The notes under the pieces were generated by a model, which was not told the origin of the DNA, did not search any database, and saw only the letters and a list, made by a program, of their open reading frames with translations. Shown here one piece after another: positions 27,520 through 41,099 of a stretch of DNA of 64,000 nt. Within the stretch, counting starts at the first letter, position 1; each line of letters starts with the position of its first letter. Location: the NCBI RefSeq assembly GCF_001194135.2, contig NC_068986.1:12689151-12753150 (forward strand), given 5' to 3'. Made by a program: the position numbers and the translations under genes. This DNA comes from Octopus bimaculoides (lineage: Eukaryota).

Positions 27520-28664
27520 ATGACAGGATATAGGATGCACCACCCAAAATCTGACATAGAAAGGCTATATATACAACGCACAGAAGGTGGCAGGGGTCTT
27601 ATACAGCTGGAAAACTATTATAGAATAACCACCATAGGACTGCAAAAATACCTACTCCAGAAGCAAGGAAAACTAATACAAATAGCCACAAAACACGAGC
27701 AAAACAAATAACTGTTTTCAGTATTTAAGGAAGCTGACAAATACAAACAAGAAATCATACTACCTAACAAATACGNNNNNNNNNNNNNNNNNNNNNNNNN
27801 NNNNNNNNNNNNNNNNNNNNNNNNNNNNNNNNNNNNNNNNNNNNNNNNNNNNNNNNNNNNNNNNNNNNNNNNNNNNNNNNNNNNNNNNNNNNNNNNNNNN
27901 NNNNNNNNNNNNNNNNNNNNNNNNNNNNNNNNNNNNNNNNNNNNNNNNNNNNNNNNNNNNNNNNNNNNNNNNNNNNNNNNNNNNNNNNNNNNNNNNNNNN
28001 NNNNNNNNNNNNNNNNNNNNNNNNNNNNNNNNNNNNNNNNNNNNNNNNNNNNNNNNNNNNNNNNNNNNNNNNNNNNNNNNNNNNNNNNNNNNNNNNNNNN
28101 NNNNNNNNNNNNNNNNNNNNNNNNNNNNNNNNNNNNNNNNNNNNNNNNNNNNNNNNNNNNNNNNNNNNNNNNNNNNNNNNNNNNNNNNNNNNNNNNNNNN
28201 NNNNNNNNNNNNNNNNNNNNNNNNNNNNNNNNNNNNNNNNNNNNNNNNNNNNNNNNNNNNNNNNNNNNNNNNNNNNNNNNNNNNNNNNNNNNNNNNNNNN
28301 NNNNNNNNNNNNNNNNNNNNNNNNNNNNNNNNNNNNNNNNNNNNNNNNNNNNNNNNNNNNNNNNNNNNNNNNNNNNNNNNNNNNNNNNNNNNNNNNNNNN
28401 NNNNNNNNNNNNNNNNNNNNNATAGTAGGTGCCTTAGGTATAATAAAAAAAAAATCAGACAAATACATAACAAAAACATCAGGACTTACAAATATATATG
28501 ACATACAGAAAATTGCACTACTGTGCACTGCACACATCCTACGCAAAACACTTTCAATACAGTAACCATAAGAGCACCACAGCAAACCACAGCACATACC
28601 CAAGGCGCACAGAGCTGCGCTCGGTAGTGAAGTGAAAGCACGTTATAAAAATAAAACTACTGAA
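27520..28664 (+). mobile_element. 5'-truncated R4/Dong-clade element, family 2 (gap in the middle)
   Basis: MHHPKSDIERLYIQRTEGGRGLIQLE before the gap; IVGALGIIKK...IQKIALLCTAHILRKTLSIQ* after it; then a 3' UTR and a (TAA)n tail. Confidence 0.85.
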
Positions 28665-29208
28665 CAATAATAATAATAAAGTGAAAAGAACGAATAGTAT
28701 GGTACCGTAGGCTGCAAGTAGCAAGCCCGCTACGCATGCAAGACTCCAGGAGCTCCAACAAAACCTGTGATGAAGGGAAAAGGCACAAGGCTTGAAATTT
28801 GGGAGGAGAAGGTAAGTCGATCATATCGAATCCAGTACTAGACTGGTACTTTATTTATCGACCCCAAAATGATGAAAGGCAAAATCAACCTCGGCGGAAT
28901 TTGAACTCAGAACGTAAGAACAGACGAAACACCGCTTCGCACTTGCCGGCCTTTTAACAATTCTGCAAGCTCGCTTGAATAATAGGTACAGCAAAGATTA
29001 ACAATGGGTGGTCATTGTGGTGGTGGTGGGGGGGGTCCTAAGCACTTGAAAGACTGCTGAAAACTTGGGGATACCTTAGGTTGCAGGTAGTAAGCCGTTA
29101 CCCACATAAATCTTACCAGGAATAAGACGGGATCTCAGCCAAACCAAAATAAATAAATAAATAGATAAATAAATAAATCGGTAAATAAATAAATAGTAAT
29201 AATAATAA

Positions 29209-29422
29209 TCCTTTCTACTCTAGGTACATGTCCTGAAATTTTGTGGGAGGGAGCCAGTCGATTAGATCAACCTAGTACACAACTAATACTTAATTTATCG
29301 ACACTAAAAGGATGAAAGGCAAAGCCAAATTCGGCGGAATTTGAACTCAGAACGTAGCGACGAACGAAATACCGTTAAGCATTTCGTGCAACCTGCTAAC
29401 GTTTCTGCCAGCTCGCTACCTT
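29209..29422 (-). mobile_element. SINE family A, inverted relative to 29771-29986
   Basis: Full-length reverse-complement match; another minus copy lies at 28782-28975. Confidence 0.9.
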
Positions 29423-29468
29423 AATAATAATGATGATAATAATAATAATAATAATAATAATAATATTA

Positions 29469-29516
<48 letters not shown>

Positions 29517-29525
29517 GTGATGATG

Positions 29526-29556
<31 letters not shown>

Positions 29557-29568
29557 NNNNNNNNNNTA

Positions 29569-29616
<48 letters not shown>

Positions 29617-29625
29617 GTGATGATG

Positions 29626-29675
<50 letters not shown>
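29423..29675. repeat. (AAT)n/(GAT)n compound trinucleotide microsatellite
   Basis: Directly visible; lies between inverted family A SINEs. Confidence 0.97.
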
Positions 29676-29676
<1 letters not shown>

Positions 29677-29770
29677 CCTTTATTGGCCACAAGGGCTGAA
29701 CACAAAAGAAATAAGAACAATGCAACACAAGGGAGAAGTGAGGTTTGGCACAATATCTTGTATGAAATAT

Positions 29771-29986
29771 GGCGGCGAGCTGGAAGAAACGTTAGCACGC
29801 CGGGTGAAATGCTGAGCGGTATTTCATCTGTCTTTACGTTCTGAGTCCAAATTCCGCCGAGGTCGACTTTGCCTTTCATCCTTTCGGGGTAGATAAATTA
29901 AGTACCAGTTGTATACTGGGGTCGATGTAATCGACTGGCACCCTTCTCCAAAATTTCAAGTCTTGTATCGAGAGTAAAAAAGAATA
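29771..29986 (+). mobile_element. tRNA-derived SINE family A (representative full copy)
   Basis: ggcggcgagctggaagaaacgttagcacgccgggtgaaatgc...ttctgagtccaaattccgccgaggtcgactttgcctttcatcctttcggggt...; about 20 related copies in the window. Confidence 0.9.
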
Positions 29987-30386
29987 TTGTGTATGAAATA
30001 AATAACAATAACAATTAACAATAGAATTAAACAATAAAAATTCCCCCTAAATCGGATAGTTCCGCTCAGGGACAACCGAGGAACTCAACACATCCTGTTC
30101 GCACCGACCACCGAAGACAACTGAGGCAGGCACCTCACTCCCTCTCCACTCCTACGGACTACAAGTGTAAGTTTAGAAGAGGCCCATTCCAATAATGAAA
30201 CTGTGTGTATGCATTAATGTAATCTAACTTACAGTCAGGAAAATCAACAAACTTATACACAAAAGGCTCTTTCAGGAAATGTTAATTGTTTGTCCGTTGT
30301 TTTTGTAGATAACATCTGCGTCACTTTAGACTCTGAAAATGAGAATAGTATTAGCGGAAAGAATTTCTCATCCATCCAGTGTGTGT

Positions 30387-30453
<67 letters not shown>

Positions 30454-30462
30454 GAAAGATAA

Positions 30463-30507
<45 letters not shown>

Positions 30508-30681
30508 CAGACAGACACACATATATATGGGTTTGGTAAATCAAATAGAAGAAATAGAGCTCATGTTTTGAATTCAGCAGAAGTGATTAAATGACTCGTC
30601 GTCCGAGCATTTCAAAGCTGATAAGAGCACTAAACTCTCGACTTTTGAATCATTTTAAAACTTCTGGCCATTAGATGTTTA

Positions 30682-30749
<68 letters not shown>

Positions 30750-30752
30750 CCG

Positions 30753-30783
<31 letters not shown>

Positions 30784-31504
30784 GATGGNNNNNNNNNNNN
30801 NNNNNNNNNNNNNNNNNNNNNNNNNNNNNNNNNNNNNNNNNNNNNNNNNNNNNNNNNNNNNNNNNNNNNNNNNNNNNNNNNNNNNNNNNNNNNNNNNNNN
30901 NNNNNNNNNNNNNNNNNNNNNNNNNNNNNNNNNNNNNNNNNNNNNNNNNNNNNNNNNNNNNNNNNNNNNNNNNNNNNNNNNNNNNNNNNNNNNNNNNNNN
31001 NNNNNNNNNNNNNNNNNNNNNNNNNNNNNNNNNNNNNNNNNNNNNNNNNNNNNNNNNNNNNNNNNNNNNNNNNNNNNNNNNNNNNNNNNNNNNNNNNNNN
31101 NNNNNNNNNNNNNNNNNNNNNNNNNNNNNNNNNNNNNNNNNNNNNNNNNNNNNNNNNNNNNNNNNNNNNNNNNNNNATATATATATATATATATACACAT
31201 ATATATATACACACAGATATAGATATATCTGTATGTATGAATTTATGCAGGTATGCATGTAGTGCAGTAATGCAATAAGAGCAGTGTTTAATTAGTTTCA
31301 AATTTTAGGCACAAGTGCAATTTTGTCATTTTTGGGTGTGGGGATATACAAGGGGTGCAAAAGTAGGTATACACGAAGTATCACATTAATGTTATGATAA
31401 TTAATTCATTAAAATTATTAGCACATTAAATTAGCTAGCCTCGTTTTTGATATTTTCAGTATCATTAATCAAAATATTACATTTATCATAACTACAAACC
31501 TTTC

Positions 31505-32130
31505 TGCTGGAAGCACAAGGCCTCATATTTGGGGGAAAGGATTAAGTCAATTACATCGACCCCAGTGCGCAACTAGTACTTGATTTATCGACCCCGAAAG
31601 GATGAAAGGCAAAATCGACCGCGGCGGCATTTGAGCTCAAAACTGAGATTAGGATATCTTTATCATAAAAACTTAGACGGCAAACTAGAAGAATCGTTAC
31701 CGTACCGGACAAAATGCTTAGCGGTATTTCTTCCGTCCCTTTACGTTCTTCCCATCGATGTTAAATTTGTTTTTCCTTCCCTTCAGGGTCGATAAAATAA
31801 AGCTAGCAGTCACTGAGGTCAATGTAATCGAATTCCCTCATCCCACACCTCACACCCTCAAAATCGCTGGTCTTGAAACCGGCAACGGACCAGCGCCTCG
31901 TTCAGGGATATATTCGCTTCGAATTTTGGCACAGGGCCATCAAATTTGGGGTTGGGGGAGGGGGTGAGTTGACTGCATTGACCCTCAGTTTTCGACTAAT
32001 TCTTATTTTCTCAACCATGAAAGGAAAGAAGGTAAAGTCTACGTTGACAGAATTTAAATTTAGTACGTAAAGACGGACGAAATTCCGTTAAGTATTCTGA
32101 CCGACGTGCTAACCTTTCTGTTGTCAGCTG
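31505..32130. mobile_element. Three family A SINE copies in alternating orientation (-, +, -)
   Basis: Family A motifs at 31510-31640 (-), 31680-31880 (+) and 31925-32130 (-). Confidence 0.7.
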
Positions 32131-34373
32131 ACCACATTTTTTTAGAGGAATATTGTGATTTCGGTTACTTATAGGCCATGGAACCCGAGTAACCAACCTT
32201 ATAAGTCCTTCAAGGCGATATCCCCGCATGGCTGCAGTTTGATGACTGAAACAAGTAAAAGATAAATAAGAGATATATCCGTAAGCGATCAAAACAGCCA
32301 CTTTAATCTCGAGTCGAATGCTTCACGAATATATCCTTTCTAAAAATATACGATAGCCTTGCTTTCTACAGTTAACAAATCCGCATAAATCACTACTTTC
32401 TTTCATAAAAACCCAATAGAAACCACGTTTCTTTCGCTAAATCTTCAGTTTTATCTTATCTTTCTCTTTTATATTTTTGTCTTCGGTTTTCTTTCTCCTC
32501 TTTCTTTTTGTTTTTTGTTAGAAGTTTGAAGGCATGTTCCAAATTCTAAATATTTTCTTTTCTTTAAAACTCATAAACTCTTATTTAAATTGGGCATAAG
32601 ATAAATACCATCGATCCTATGACAAGTAGTCCGTCACTTATCAACTCCATCACCATTAAATCTCACTCACTCTGTCTAGAATGTTCCATTCCCTGTTCAT
32701 TGTTGATGTGTTTGAAACTATAGAACTTCCTGTTGGTTTTTTCAGGAAATGCCATCTAATTCCGCTTCTTTTAGCTTTATTTCACTTTGGTTTTGATTGA
32801 TCCAAAGATAACACGCATCTCCTAATCTCAGCACCTGTCACGTGTCTTTTACACTCTTACATTTATGTTACATGACAATCTGTCAATGCAGACTTTTCAT
32901 ATTTCGAGATGTTAAAAAGTGGACAATCTTATCAGAAAATTACCAGGCTCNNNNNNNNNNNNNNNNNNNNNNNNNNNNNNNNNNNNNNNNNNNNNNNNNN
33001 NNNNNNNNNNNNNNNNNNNNNNNNNNNNNNNNNNNNNNNNNNNNNNNNNNNNNNNNNNNNNNNNNNNNNNNNNNNNNNNNNNNNNNNNNNNNNNNNNNNN
33101 NNNNNNNNNNNNNNNNNNNNNNNNNNNNNNNNNNNNNNNNNNNNNNNNNNNNNNNNNNNNNNNNNNNNNNNNNNNNNNNNNNNNNNNNNNNNNNNNNNNN
33201 NNNNNNNNNNNNNNNNNNNNNNNNNNNNNNNNNNNNNNNNNNNNNNNNNNNNNNNNNNNNNNNNNNNNNNNNNNNNNNNNNNNNNNNNNNNNNNNNNNNN
33301 NNNNNNNNNNNNNNNNNNNNNNNNNNNNNNNNNNNNNNNNNNNNNNNNNNNNNNNNNNNNNNNNNNNNNNNNNNNNNNNNNNNNNNNNNNNNNNNNNNNN
33401 NNNNNNNNNNNNNNNNNNNNNNNNNNNNNNNNNNNNNNNNNNNNNNNNNNNNNNNTGTGTGTGTGTGTGTGTACTTATCCCCCACCACTCCTTGAAAACC
33501 GGTGTTGGTGTGTTAACATCCTCGTAACTTAGCAATTCGGAAAAAGAGAATAATAGAATAAGTACCTGGCTTTATAAAAATAATAATGATTATTATTATA
33601 ATAAGCACTGGGGTCGATTCGTTTGACTAAAATTCTTCAAGGCGTTGCCCCAGCATGGCCGTAGTCTTATCATTGAAACGAGTAACAAGTAAAACACACA
33701 TTAAAATCTTTGTTTCATATTTTAGCCAGTTTTCAGTAATAGCATTTCGTCGGAGCCTGTAAGAGCTTAGATGAAACCGAGTACAAAATATTTGAGATAA
33801 CATTGTAATTTTAATAATGATTCTTATTAATGCTAACATATTTGCGCTCTTTTCTAGACTCCAAGCAACGTTAATGCTGTCGGTATAATATTTTGCGTCT
33901 GATTTGTGCTGCAAGACAGGAACATTAGTGGAAGACATTGTAACGCAGCGTAAACATTCTTAATCTTTAAAAGGTTCTTCGCTGGAATACCCAGAAGCAC
34001 TTGTAATTCAGAAAGTCTCTGCGCAACTATTCGACATGTTAGAAGTAGTAGTCAAATCTATTCCACCTAAATATGTATGTATGTATGTATGTATGTAACT
34101 GTGTATGTATGTTAGGTAGGTACGGACGTAGTGTGCATCTGGTGTGTATATATGTATTACTTAATTGTGTATGTACATTCGTATCTTTTTGTCGAGATAT
34201 ATCTGTGAAGTATATAAGCATCAACAAGGAAACTAACAAACAGTTCTATATCGAATGAAATATCTTTTTAATATTTGTTCTGCTCGCGTTACTCACACAC
34301 TCCCTTGTCACTGTCTCCCTTTCGAATTCATCGAACCGTTGTAAACCTGAAACCAACGACAACGTTGTTCAAT

Positions 34374-34442
<69 letters not shown>

Positions 34443-36239
34443 NNNNNNNNNNNNNNNNNNNNNNNNNNNNNNNNNNNNNNNNNNNNNNNNNNNNNNNNNN
34501 NNNNNNNNNNNNNNNNNNNNNNNNNNNNNNNNNNNNNNNNNNNNNNNNNNNNNNNNNNNNNNNNNNNNNNNNNNNNNNNNNNNNNNNNNNNNNNNNNNNN
34601 NNNNNNNNNNNNNNNNNNNNNNNNNNNNNNNNNNNNNNNNNNNNNNNNNNNNNNNNNNNNNNNNNNNNNNNNNNNNNNNNNNNNNNNNNNNNNNNNNNNN
34701 NNNNNNNNNNNNNNNNNNNNNNNNNNNNNNNNNNNNNNNNNNNNNNNNNNNNNNNNNNNNNNNNNNNNNNNNNNNNNNNNNNNNNNNNNNNNNNNNNNNN
34801 NNNNNNNNNNNNNNNNNNNNNNNNNNNNNNNNNNNNNNNNNNNNNNNNNNNNNNNNNNNNNNNNNNNNNNNNNNNNNNNNNNNNNNNNNNNNNNNNNNNN
34901 NNNNNNNNNNNNNNNNNNNNNNNNNNNNNNNNNNNNNNNNNNNNNNNNNNNNNNNNNNNNNNNNNNNNNNNNNNNNNNNNNNNNNNNNNNNNNNNNNNNN
35001 NNNNNNNNNNNNNNNNNNNNNNNNNNNNNNNNNNNNNNNNNNNNNNNNNNNNNNNNNNNNNNNNNNNNNNNNNNNNNNNNNNNNNNNNNNNNNNNNNNNN
35101 NNNNNNNNNNNNNNNNNNNNNNNNNNNNNNNNNNNNNNNNNNNNNNNNNNNNNNNNNNNNNNNNNNNNNNNNNNNNNNNNNNNNNNNNNNNNNNNNNNNN
35201 NNNNNNNNNNNNNNNNNNNNNNNNNNNNNNNNNNNNNNNNNNNNNNNNNNNNNNNNNNNNNNNNNNNNNNNNNNNNNNNNNNNNNNNNNNNNNNNNNNNN
35301 NNNNNNNNNNNNNNNNNNTATATATACGCTTGCACACACCTACATTCAAAGTGATATCCCCAAAAATTAACTTTATATAAATGATGTATTTCCACTAATC
35401 TGCAGGTGTGAGATTCTCCTGAAACAAGTCTAATTGTCGAGTATTCGCATTACGCGTGATAATGAACCCGTTATCTCGATATAAATCTCACTGTAAATGA
35501 TTAAACTGATTACGTAATTAATGCAAAACATGACCAACCACCTTACACATTTCCGAAGAGTCTTGGCGCCCCTACACCATGTATCAAATTATTTAGCGCC
35601 ATTATTCTCTGCTCGTGGATCGTTAGTGAAATAAAGCGGTGGCGCATTTCTATTGTGCTTTTTATATTAAAATGTATTGCGTCGTTGCTTTAATCAGCGA
35701 CTGAAATACAATTCTTGATGAAGAATAATGAATTCTTTGATCAAAGATTTAATTATGGAAGGATAAAATTCATTGGTATCACACACAAATATGCTCGAGC
35801 GCCTAGACATACATATACACACACATATTCATATTACAGGCATATGCATATATACCTGTCACATATACATACATACATACATACATACATACACGCATAT
35901 ATACATTTATATTTCTACCAATAATAATTGGTGCACTGAGGTTTTGTGAGTAAATGACTAAATGACAGTCGAGATAAGCTTCAATTTTCAGAAAAAGAAA
36001 TCAACCAACATCACAAATACAATCTGTAAGTGGAATCGAAAAATTATGCAAGACTTTTCTTAAGTTTAAAGAGTGACATTGATTTCGTTATCTACATTCC
36101 AACGATTGAGCTTTGTATCTTTGTTAGAAACCAGCTTCTTTCTCAGAGGAAGAATTTATATAATTAAAAAGAGGAGAGACCTAACATACATGCATACATA
36201 CATACATACATACATACATACATACATACACGCATACAC

Positions 36240-36463
36240 ACGAGGAGGTTATACCAAAATAGCTGGAAACGTTCTTTGTGAGACAAGCTCGTTGTAGTTC
36301 GGGCTTCCACCGCCAGAAGCTACTTGATGCGATCCTCAGGCATCACTCTGCCGATCGGCGTTTTCAGCTGCAGCCGTACTGCCACGTTGTGCGTCTTTGT
36401 TTTGCAGTGTTTCTCCCCTGTTCGTCGATTTTTACGATGGCTGAAACGAAGGAACAATGTACT
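36240..36463 (+). mobile_element. 5' end of a mariner-like element, truncated by an assembly gap
   Basis: TIR-like start (cacgaggaggttataccaaaatagctggaa), then ATG 36437 reading MAETKEQC, which resembles mariner transposase N-termini. Confidence 0.55.
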
Positions 36464-38106
36464 NNNNNNNNNNNNNNNNNNNNNNNNNNNNNNNNNNNNN
36501 NNNNNNNNNNNNNNNNNNNNNNNNNNNNNNNNNNNNNNNNNNNNNNNNNNNNNNNNNNNNNNNNNNNNNNNNNNNNNNNNNNNNNNNNNNNNNNNNNNNN
36601 NNNNNNNNNNNNNNNNNNNNNNNNNNNNNNNNNNNNNNNNNNNNNNNNNNNNNNNNNNNNNNNNNNNNNNNNNNNNNNNNNNNNNNNNNNNNNNNNNNNN
36701 NNNNNNNNNNNNNNNNNNNNNNNNNNNNNNNNNNNNNNNNNNNNNNNNNNNNNNNNNNNNNNNNNTATATATATATATATATATATATTGGCTAGAAAAT
36801 TGGAAGACCTCCCATGTGATTTAGACGGGAACTCACACTCCTTCTTTAAACATGATGAATGTACTACCATTGGACCACAGCAATCCTTTGATTCAAACGT
36901 CCTTTCAAAGTTTCTAAATTTTGATGACGTCAACGACATACAATTCTTACTGGTAAAAGCAAAATTTCTAGAACGGATTGTGAAATTTGTAAAATTGCTT
37001 TGCTCCAATGGTTGAACATCTGTCATGTTTACAGAGTCTGTGGTCTCGAATTCAACTGGTAGCCTTCGACTTTTTCTCTTCCAAAGGATCTTAACCCAAT
37101 GATTATATGTTATTATCTACAGCTTTATCTACTTCGAATTCCACCGTTAAAACGAATTATTGCACGTATCTCGAAGTTTCTTTGTTCTTATGACGTAAAA
37201 TACTTATATCGACAATTAGATATTTGAAAATATTTTAGTAGCTAGAAGCAGGACTTAAAATAATAAAAAAGATGCCCGCTGTGCGTTCTGTTATTTCTAT
37301 AAATCTTTTCCTTGGAGGCTTATTAGATTTTCATATTAATTTTTTTTTTCTTTTCGAATGACAGGTATTATGTATTTGATTGAAAATGAAGGAAAGGGAA
37401 TATATAAACTACTTAAAGACCATCTGCTTGCTGAAGATGGAGTTCTATTTTGATTATCGATTAGTATTACTGGGTCACTTAGGGGTTCATACCAAAACCG
37501 TCAGTGACCAATTTTTATGTTGAACACACGTTTATTATCAAAGCTAATTTTCAGCTAATATTAATCCTTTTGGTTTTGTTATGACTGCAGGACGTAGTCT
37601 TTGCCTATTTCCCTCTCCAATAAATCATCTTTTATTTATTTATTTTATTTATTTTTGGCAATGCAGATCTGATTAGTTTATTCTCTAAAAAAGAAAACAT
37701 TGAAAGCCGATTGAAGTTTAATCTTAAAAACATTTTGTTATTAAAATAAATAGCTAAATAACTAAATATAAACCAGAAAGAATGAACACGTGAAAAACAT
37801 CGTAGAAAACAACATTAATCGCAAGAACAGGAAACTGTTCAGTTTTATAGATATTTCATTCAAGGGATTTCAAATATATATTTGAATTTATTTATTTAAA
37901 TATTTCATATATTGACGGAATAGTTCAATAACTGTTCAATACCTAATTATTGATTCGTTGGAACATGGCTGCATCTTCATGTATTTGATTTGTTATTGCC
38001 GCTTTTATAGGAAATAAGCAACAGGAAACTTGATTAGAATTCGATCTCTGGTCACAGGCGTTCCAGACATAACCATTCAGACATTTTAATGGGTTGTGTA
38101 TCAACG

Positions 38107-38248
38107 ACTGTGTGTTAAGAAGCTTGCTTCCAAACCACATGGTGCTGAGTTCTGTTCCGTTGCGTTACATCTCAGGCAAGAGTCGCCTCGGGCCGACCAA
38201 GGCTTTATGAGTGGATTTAGTTGGCGGAAACTGAAAGAAGCCGGTCGC
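38107..38248 (+). mobile_element. SINE family B 5' half
   Basis: Collinear with 57697-57860, followed by (TA)n and a gap. Confidence 0.8.
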
Positions 38249-38470
38249 ATATATATATATATATATATATATANNNNNNNNNNNNNNNNNNNNNNNNNNN
38301 NNNNNNNNNNNNNNNNNNNNNNNNNNNNNNNNNNNNNNNNNNNNNNNNNNNNNNNNNNNNNNNNNNNNNNNNNNNNNNNNNNNNNNNNNNNNNNNNNNNN
38401 NNNNNNNNNNNNNNNNNNNNNNNNNNNNNNNNNNNNNNNNNNNNNNNNNNNNNATATATACATACATACA

Positions 38471-38500
<30 letters not shown>

Positions 38501-38502
<2 letters not shown>

Positions 38503-39375
38503 GAAGCTGCGATGGGTGAATTGTTGCCATTTTTATTTTTACATTCACGCATGCGCATTCTTTGTTTTTGATTTCGTTGAGTACACAATATAGTAGGGTC
38601 AGTTGGGCATCATCTGTAAGACAAAACGACACCATGACGCAATTCATTCTACCAGGAATTTGGAAATGACATGCAGTACTGCTTGGAATTCGCACCGGAA
38701 GCTCCAATACGAACAGATGGTGAACACGCAGAACAACTGTTGGCTTGCCGTACCCACAAAACATGTAACCGGAGTGATAAAAATCAAACATCTAGTCAAC
38801 ATCATGGTGTTTCGAGTGATCACTAGTAATGGCGACGTTATGCCGCCATTCAACTTCCTACACCGCCTCAGACCTAACACGGAGGCCTACATCAAGTACC
38901 TGGAGGAGGTAGTGCGCCCTGGGTCAAGAGGGTGGCTGCTGGAAGACTCTATGTCTGGCAACAGGACTCTGCACCATGCCTCACAAGCAAGAGAACTCAA
39001 TCAAGGCTGTCAGACAATTTCTACGACCACATCACCCCTAATATCTGGCCACCTAACTCCCTAGACTGCAACCCTCTTGATTATTATGTGTAGGGTACAG
39101 TTGAGCGAGAGACCAACAAAACTCCTTGTAACACCAAAGATGAACTGAAGGCAAGGGTTATGACAGCAATCACTGTCCTCCAGAAAAGTTGCAGGTCTTT
39201 CCGAAGTGGTCTGGAGGCCGTAATTAAAGTCAATGACAATTTTATTGAATAAATTTATTCTTTAGTATTTCAAATTTTTTTTATGTAACTTTGGTAAATA
39301 TATCTATTAAGATGAGATGTCAGTGTTATTTTCATTTTTGTGTAATTTAGATGACAATATATTCACCACACCATG

Positions 39376-39377
<2 letters not shown>
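38501..39377 (+). mobile_element. Internally deleted Tc1/mariner element of the DD37D (maT) type
   Basis: Frames read IMVFRVITSNGDVMPPF...QQDSAPCLTSKRTQ...WPPNSLDCNPLDYYV. 37 residues lie between the QQD and PLD aspartates. The C-terminus LEAVIKVNDNFIE* is present. The N-terminal half is missing and the TIRs are degenerate. Confidence 0.85.
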
Positions 39378-39472
<95 letters not shown>

Positions 39473-40510
39473 TGCATTATTATATATTCTTATCCGAAAA
39501 TTGGATTGTGTCGCACTAATGAGAGAGGAGTGCGCAATACATGTTGTAGAGTATATGGCTAATTGAACCGAATGTTTATCTCACGACTCGAGTATGATGC
39601 CACCGCCCACACAGTCGACAACAATGAGTGTGTTTATGAAGCTAATTAATCTGTGACTGAGGCTGACAATGGTAAAGGAGTCCTAGCATTCTCTGTTCGA
39701 CTAAACTCTACAAGCATATTAGATCACTCGACCGAGGTTGCCTGAGATGCATGCAGGGCAACGAAACAATTCTTCAGCCCTTACCCTATATCTGAATATT
39801 GCTGACATGTAGAGTTATATCGAACCGCTGCAACTGCATCTAGAACGATCCTGGTTCTCAATCGAATCCATAATCAGCATTTTTAATCTCCCATTTGATA
39901 GATTATAGTTTTAAAGATTAGGTTTTTTTCTTATAAAGCCGTATTTCTTTAACTTATATCATTACTGCATTGTTATTTTCTATATTTCGTACAATTTGAC
40001 TCTTTTTCAACTGATGTGATTTTCCTTATCTTCTATCCGCTGCCTTTTTCCAACCATGTTTTGTACCTAATTACTTCATTATCAAAAGAAAACGTTTTGT
40101 TCCTTTTAATCTGTTCCTTGATGCGATTTTAAAATATACTCGTGTTTTTATTGAGTATTTTCTAAGTTCTACCGTAATTATCTTATTTCTCTCTTTATAT
40201 GGATTCTAACTGCCATTTAGTTTGAGATAATTACATCCTGTCGAGATCTGACTTACATTACTGTATTCCAAATTCTATCTTAAGATTCCTTATTTTCATG
40301 CTTTTTCTGTTTAATCTTGTATCACTTAATTTCCAATTTGACGGTTAACTTCATTCGAAATGTTCTCGTTTGTTCTGTTAGATTTCGTATATCTGTATAA
40401 TTGTGCTGCCAGGGATTTAGTACGGGGTACACCATGTTGATAAACATTTCAACAGTAAACGTATTGTAAGCACCGCTCCAAGACAATAGTTAATATCTTA
40501 CAGTTCATTT

Positions 40511-40718
40511 TAAGGCGGTGAGCTGGCAGAATCGTTAGCACGTCGGACGAAATGCTCAGCGGTATTTCATCTGTCTGTACGTTCTGGGTTCAAATTCTGC
40601 CGAGGTCAACTTTGCCTTTCATCTTTTCGGGGGTCGATAAATTAAGTACCAGTTGAACACTGGGTCGATGTAATTGACTAGCACCCTCCCACAAAATTCC
40701 TGGTCTTGTACCAAAATT
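40511..40718 (+). mobile_element. SINE family A
   Basis: Full-length match to 29771-29986. Confidence 0.85.
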
Positions 40719-41099
40719 CTAAATCTAAAACCGATACCTTACCATTATTGTTGAGATCGGAGCACATTGTGCGTTTGGTACTGAAACATTTATCAAAGAT
40801 GGTGAATCTGGGCTCGTTTGCTGCACCTTGTATAATTTTAGTGTATTCTACACAAACCATTCCTCGATATAATTTCTTTGATTTACCAATCCCTTATAGC
40901 ACCAAACCGTAAAGGACGTACTAGCTTCAATTTGTTCTACTAAATCCTTCAAGACGATGATCCAGCAAGGCCCAAGTCCTGAGACTGAAACAAGCAAAAT
41001 GTAGATGTTTTGTGGGTGAAAGAAAAATACAACTTAAAGCATTTTCTACTTCCAGTACATATATATATATAGTCAATTAAAAAAAAAAAACAGAGAAAA

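Noticed and set aside
39728-39778. Hairpin gttgcc...ggcaac followed by GAAAC-AATT (hammerhead-like)
   Set aside because: The CUGANGA core and the NUH triplet are both absent, so it is too decayed to call.
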